This document shows, one piece after another, positions 56,333 to 64,000 of a stretch of 64,000 nucleotides of DNA (positions are counted from its first letter, which is position 1; every line of letters starts with the position of its first letter). The DNA comes from Octopus vulgaris. Its lineage: Eukaryota. The stretch is from contig OX597821.1 of assembly GCA_951406725.2 (NCBI GenBank), positions 10,168,001 to 10,232,000 of the forward strand, in the 5' to 3' direction. A program made the position numbers and the translations under genes. The notes below the pieces were generated by a model. The model did no database searches. It was not told the DNA's origin and worked only from the letters and a program-made list of their open reading frames with translations.

Positions 56333-57133
56333 GATATACGTGTACATATATACGAGTATATATATGCATATATATATGTATCTCTCAATATATGTATGAA
56401 TGTATAAATATAAATTTATATATACACATATATGTATGAACATGTATATATGTATCTATACACTATATATATGCAATCATACTTATGTGTGTGTGTGTGT
56501 GTGTGTTTATATGTGAGATTTTTGTGCTCTTACCTATGTACACATATATATTAAAATTTCTCTAAACATTTATTCATTCTCATCTAAGAAACATTTAAAC
56601 GTCTGGAACAAAATTAAATTTCCCTTACAGTAAAATTTAGATGTTCTAAATACATATTTTACGCCATTACTTTTATTGTAACTTAATTCTAAATCTGTAA
56701 CAAAGTTAATAGAAAATAGTGGTAAAACTTCTAAAACTGTTATTACTAAACGTCATTTCAGTATGTTTTTTTAATCGTCTATTGAATGAAGTATGCTATT
56801 TCGAAACACAAAGTAAAATTCTTTAAAGACGTTTTAAATATCCAGGTTTAAGTGCCTAAGTGCAAATCGTGAGAATTTGCTTGAGAAGCATTAAATTAAT
56901 GTAATTAATTTAATCAACGATTTCCTCATATTTCAACATTTTGTCGTGATATAATAGGCAATTATTTTCTGTGAACTACCTATTACAGTAAATAAAACAA
57001 ACAAATGGCAAGTTAGAGTTATATTAGAAAAGAATGATGTGGAATAATGTAACGAAGTCAGTCAGTTCCTTTTTCTACTACATTATTTCTGTTATCGAAG
57101 CTGGTGCTATGGTTTGCCATAAGCAAGTGAATG

Positions 57134-59700
<2,567 letters not shown>

Positions 59701-60697
59701 GAAGCATCGGACATTCACATTTGAATATTTTGGCACATCACAGATTGATGTCAGTAGCTTGGAATACTCTCTCTCCATTCTCTCTCTATCTTACTATCCC
59801 GCCCTGTCTCCATTTCTCTGAATCTCTCTTCCTCTAAATTCGGATCTACGCTTCACTCTGTCATTTTTTAAAGCTAAAATGTATACATAGTACGTCATTT
59901 TTATTGCGTAATTAATAGAACATAATAGTTTTATTTTTTCTCCAGATTCATTATTTACTTTTTCTAGAAGTTCTCACGTAGAAAGAAAATTGTAGTACTT
60001 TTTGCATCAAATTCGTCTAACTTTATTTTTAGATGCAAATATTTAATTTTTTCCCAGTCGATATTTATTTTATGTGCGTGATAACATTTATAACCATGTT
60101 GTACTTAATAACTGTCTAAGAAAACTTTCAGAAAAATTGTTGAAGTTGCTATAAATTTCAATTGAAGGTCTTATATAAAGAACAAAGTCTAAAATTTTGT
60201 CTGTGTTTATATTTAGTTTGTAATTAGCTTCTAGATATTTTTATTGATATAACGTGTTACAACAAAGACATTGTTTTAAAATCATAACTTCTGATGAGTA
60301 TTATATTACTGTCGCTTAAAACACTTTATAATTAACAGTAGTATTCACACCGTACCCCAAATGTGCACAGCATAGTGTATTTATTGTACTAATGAATCTA
60401 ATCAACTTATTGTTTTCTAAAATATTATCTACAAGTTTAAAGGAGAAAATTTCTTTTGAAAGGAAATTACACTGAACCGAAATTGAGATAACATTTCAAT
60501 TCAATGATTTTTAATTAACACTTTGAAAATAAGACATTTAGCTGGAATGTTTCATGTAGCATTGAATAAAATGTGGAAATACATGATGCAGCTTTTGAAG
60601 CTATGCCTTCCTTAAAATTCTCACGTAGTGTATATGCAAAAGTTAATTAGTAATTACATAATACAGGGAATAACATAATTGGATGTGAATGTGATAA

Positions 60698-60743
<46 letters not shown>

Positions 60744-60981
60744 ATATTGTGTGTGTGTGTGTGTGTGTGTGCATGTGTGTGTGGATGTATATATATATAT
60801 AAATATATATATGTCCGAGATTGTATAGAGAAGAATATTATCAATCAATGAAATTCAAACAGCCTGATTTTCACATTTTATTTTTTTACAATTTTTATGA
60901 TTTTATAATACAATAACAGAATAGTATACATGTATTGTGAGAAAACTAGTACCTTTATGCATTAGTACTCGCCAGATTTAT

Positions 60982-61032
<51 letters not shown>

Positions 61033-61299
61033 ACAGTCTTGTTCAATGATTGACAACTGTAGTGAAATGATTAAATTTATCCTTTAAGTTCCTTTCGATA
61101 GACTACAGCAGCCAGAATCTTACAAACTGTAGTTTGACTAATCAGCATGTGGTTTAGATTCCACGGTTTGCTGAGCGCACCAAATAAGTTCGAATTTTAT
61201 TTCGACTAGTCAGTATGTGATTTAGCATTTATCCCGCTTTTTGTTTTAACGAAATATCATATTGTTGTTGTTATTAGTGGAGTTGGTAAATTAATTTTT

Positions 61300-62050
61300 G
61301 TAAAAGAGATTCAGACAATGATGAACGTTTGGCAAAAGGACTGAAATACAAATCTAAACCAACAGTCAAGCACCAAGAACTAGAAGAGTATATCAAAAAT
61401 GCAGTGGGAAGTTACGACTTGTTGAATTCTTTGCTAATAGAAATAATGAGATTGTTCAATCTGTAGTAAGGAATAAATCAAATGTTAGACCAAATATTAA
61501 CACGTCTACAGAAATATAACACGATAACTATTAAATGAGCAGATGCAAAGAATACAATTGTAACATTGGATTTAGGTGAGGACATAACATTCTATTGTGT
61601 AATACATTCAAATATAGACAACCACTTCACGAAGAAAGTGAATAGCCTGGTCACAAAACACAACTCCGTTACCAATAATGAAAGAGACATAACCAATTTT
61701 TAAACAATATCCAGCAACTGCTATGACTTGCTACAAGTGAAGAGAAATTCAACTTGCAGTAAAGGAACAAGAAAGTAAGTATATAAAATTACTACACCGA
61801 AAGACTTAAAACTCAGACCTACTTTAGCTGCTTCAGCATACACAAACCAACGTCCATCAATTTTATTGACATTATTTTGAAACCATTATATACTCATATA
61901 CCTAGTTTCATCGGTGATGACATCGACTTCTTGTCTTATCTTCCCAAAACAACGGAATGAAATTCACTTTTCCTCAGTGTTTATGTAGTAACCCTTTGGA
62001 GCAATATTCCACATGATTTATAAACGGTGATTAAATACTGGGTGGAAAAA
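61300..62050 (+). mobile_element. Decayed PLE RT N-terminal fragment
   Basis: DLKLRPTLA, IDIILKPLYTHIPSFIGDDIDFLSYLP and YVVTLWSNIPHD (cf. FDVxSLYTNIPH). Confidence 0.75.
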
Positions 62051-62149
62051 CTGTGTTGGGCAGTTGCAACAGCAGCAGCAAAAACGGCAGCTCCAACACC
62101 AGCAGCAAAAACGGCAGCTCCAACAGCAACTACAACAATAACTGCACTA

Positions 62150-64000
62150 ACAGCTACTGCAATTAATGTTGAAGAAGTCTGAAAATAATTCAAGTTATTC
62201 CTCTATAGCAGAATTCATTTATAACCCAGAAGATACTACTGTTTCTGCACATTTTGGAAGATACGAAGAAACCTTCGAAAAGGATGTAAAAATTGGACTG
62301 ACAAGAAAAAAGTGCGACTACATTTAAGAAAGTTATCCCCTGCCGAATATGAAAAAATACTTCAATCACATTTTGCTGAAAGAACCTGGTGAGATTCGTT
62401 TCGATGAAACTATTAATGCTTTATCGAAAATTTTCAGTTAAAGAAGTTCCCTATTCAATACTCGCTGGCAGTGCTTGAATTTAGAAAAGAAAAGAGCATG
62501 AAAATTTCGACATCTATGCTGGGGTTGTTAAAATAATGTCTGAAAGATTCAAATTAAATCAACTCTTGACTTGTGAAATGTTTAATTTTTGTCCTAGAGC
62601 AAACACTGAAATTAAAAATGCAGATATGCGTTCCAGGATATTAAGAAAATTAGAATAGGACCAAAATTTAAGAGATGGGGAATTATGTACATTATTTACA
62701 ATTGACGGATATTTGTTTTCATCTTCCTTGTTGTTAACGCAACGTTTCGGCTGATATATCCTCCAGATTTCATCAGGTGTCTTGGGGAAATTTTGAACCT
62801 GGGTTCGAAATTTCCCCAAGACGCCTGATAAAGACTGGAGAATATATGAGCCGAAACGTTGCGTTAACAACAAACAAGATGGAGACAAATATCTATCAAT
62901 TTTAAATAATGTACATAATTCTTCATCTCTTAAATATAGAACTGAAAAAAAAAAAAAAATTATTACGCAAAATGGGCGTCTCCAGCAGTTTATGTCAATA
63001 AAAAATAATAACATCCAACAGTTTTAATCGGATGTTTCATGCCATATAATTACCTGTTACCAAGTGCGGAAGAAATTTTTGCGAAGTTGAATGAGGAATT
63101 TTTCTTTCAAGTTTAGAGCTATCTGAGGCATACATGCAGTTAGAAGTTGCTGAGAAATGTTCAAAAGTGTTGACGATAAATACCCATAAGGCATTGCATA
63201 AATTTTATCCACTTCATTTTGGTATAAAGTAGCACCAAACATTTTCCAACAAGTTATGGGCATACTACTCTCAGGTTCGAATTTCGCTATAGTTTACCTT
63301 TAAGAGAGACGTATATAAAAGTGAATCTCGTGACCAGCAAGCTGAGCATGTTTCAAAGCTCTTCGAAAAAATTAATGATCATGGTATAAGCTCAGTGATA
63401 AATTGTGTGAACTTTTTATGAGAAGAATAAAATACCAGGGCAGACTATCGGTGAAAATGGACGCAGACCAGACCCGTCAAGAAAAAATATGACACTCCCG
63501 AAAAACATTACAAGCATTTCGGGGCCCCGCAAAATATGAGCACCGTTGTATAACAATCGAATATTAAAAGAATACCATACTGGATATCCAGTAATTTCTA
63601 GGATGAAGTGTCTTATGAGGAGTTATGTTTACTGGCTGAAAATGGATCTAGATATTGAGACGTTGATAGACTGCTGCTGCGGTTGTGCTTTTGTAGCGAA
63701 TGCAACAGCTTTGAAATTTTAACCTTGGTCGAAAGCCAATATTCCATAGATCAGGTTACACATAGACTTCGGAAGACCATTAAGTGGATCATATTATCTA
63801 ATAATGGTAGATAGCTTACAGAATGACCAGAAATGTGTAAATGTAAAAAGTTTACCTCTACTATAACTGGATTTTCTTTTTTGCACGGTATGGGCATACC
63901 GCGCACTATAGTCTCCAAGAACGGCACACAATTTACAGCGAATGAATTCAAGAATTTTTGCAAGTGGTACTCATTTGAACATATCACTACTCCTCCGTAT
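62150..64000 (+). mobile_element. Decayed Ty3/Gypsy (Mag/K02A2.6-like) LTR retrotransposon internal region
   Basis: gag-like FGRYEETFEKD..SSLFNTRWQCLNL, RT-like APNIFQQVM..FAIVYL, integrase WLKMDLDIE..C..C, HIDFG and IVSKNGTQFTANEFKNFC..IEHITTPPY-like. Runs off the window end. Confidence 0.85.
62666..62944. mobile_element. 270-bp palindrome of two inverted pLTRs, each with a minimal hammerhead motif
   Basis: Arms 62666-62800 / 62801-62935 with no spacer. HHR motifs at 62737-62780 (-) and 62821-62864 (+). Right arm continues atagaactg then poly(A). Confidence 0.9.

Noticed and set aside
60286-60420. CTGATGA followed by a hairpin as another hammerhead
   Set aside because: No properly placed GAAA, stem III or stem I' found.

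Overview
Eukaryotic, AT-rich, repeat-dominated DNA. The (TA)n/(GATA)n/(CA)n microsatellites and tRNA-headed SINEs resemble a coleoid cephalopod (octopus-like) genome; this assignment is an inference. No intact host gene is evident, and most ORF-track entries are translated microsatellites. The window is largely a graveyard of Penelope-like retroelements (PLEs). One young, 5'-truncated/inverted Naiad-like copy keeps an open 572-aa RT + GIY-YIG frame (43457-45175), and several decayed or non-autonomous copies sit inside (TA)n tracts. Remnants of Chapaev3-like, Tc1, Helitron, R4/Dong-like, Tx1-like, RTE/CR1-like and Gypsy elements are also present. The main signal not in the ORF track is about 15 hammerhead-ribozyme (HHR) or HHR-like motifs, read by eye on both strands from many unrelated pLTR families. 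Most are minimal type I motifs with a palindromic stem III. They include U3-A8 and G3-C8 core variants, an A6U family, a circularly permuted family, a tail-out inverted pair in a 270-bp palindrome, and a copy deleted exactly at its cleavage site. All folds were assigned manually and none were computed.
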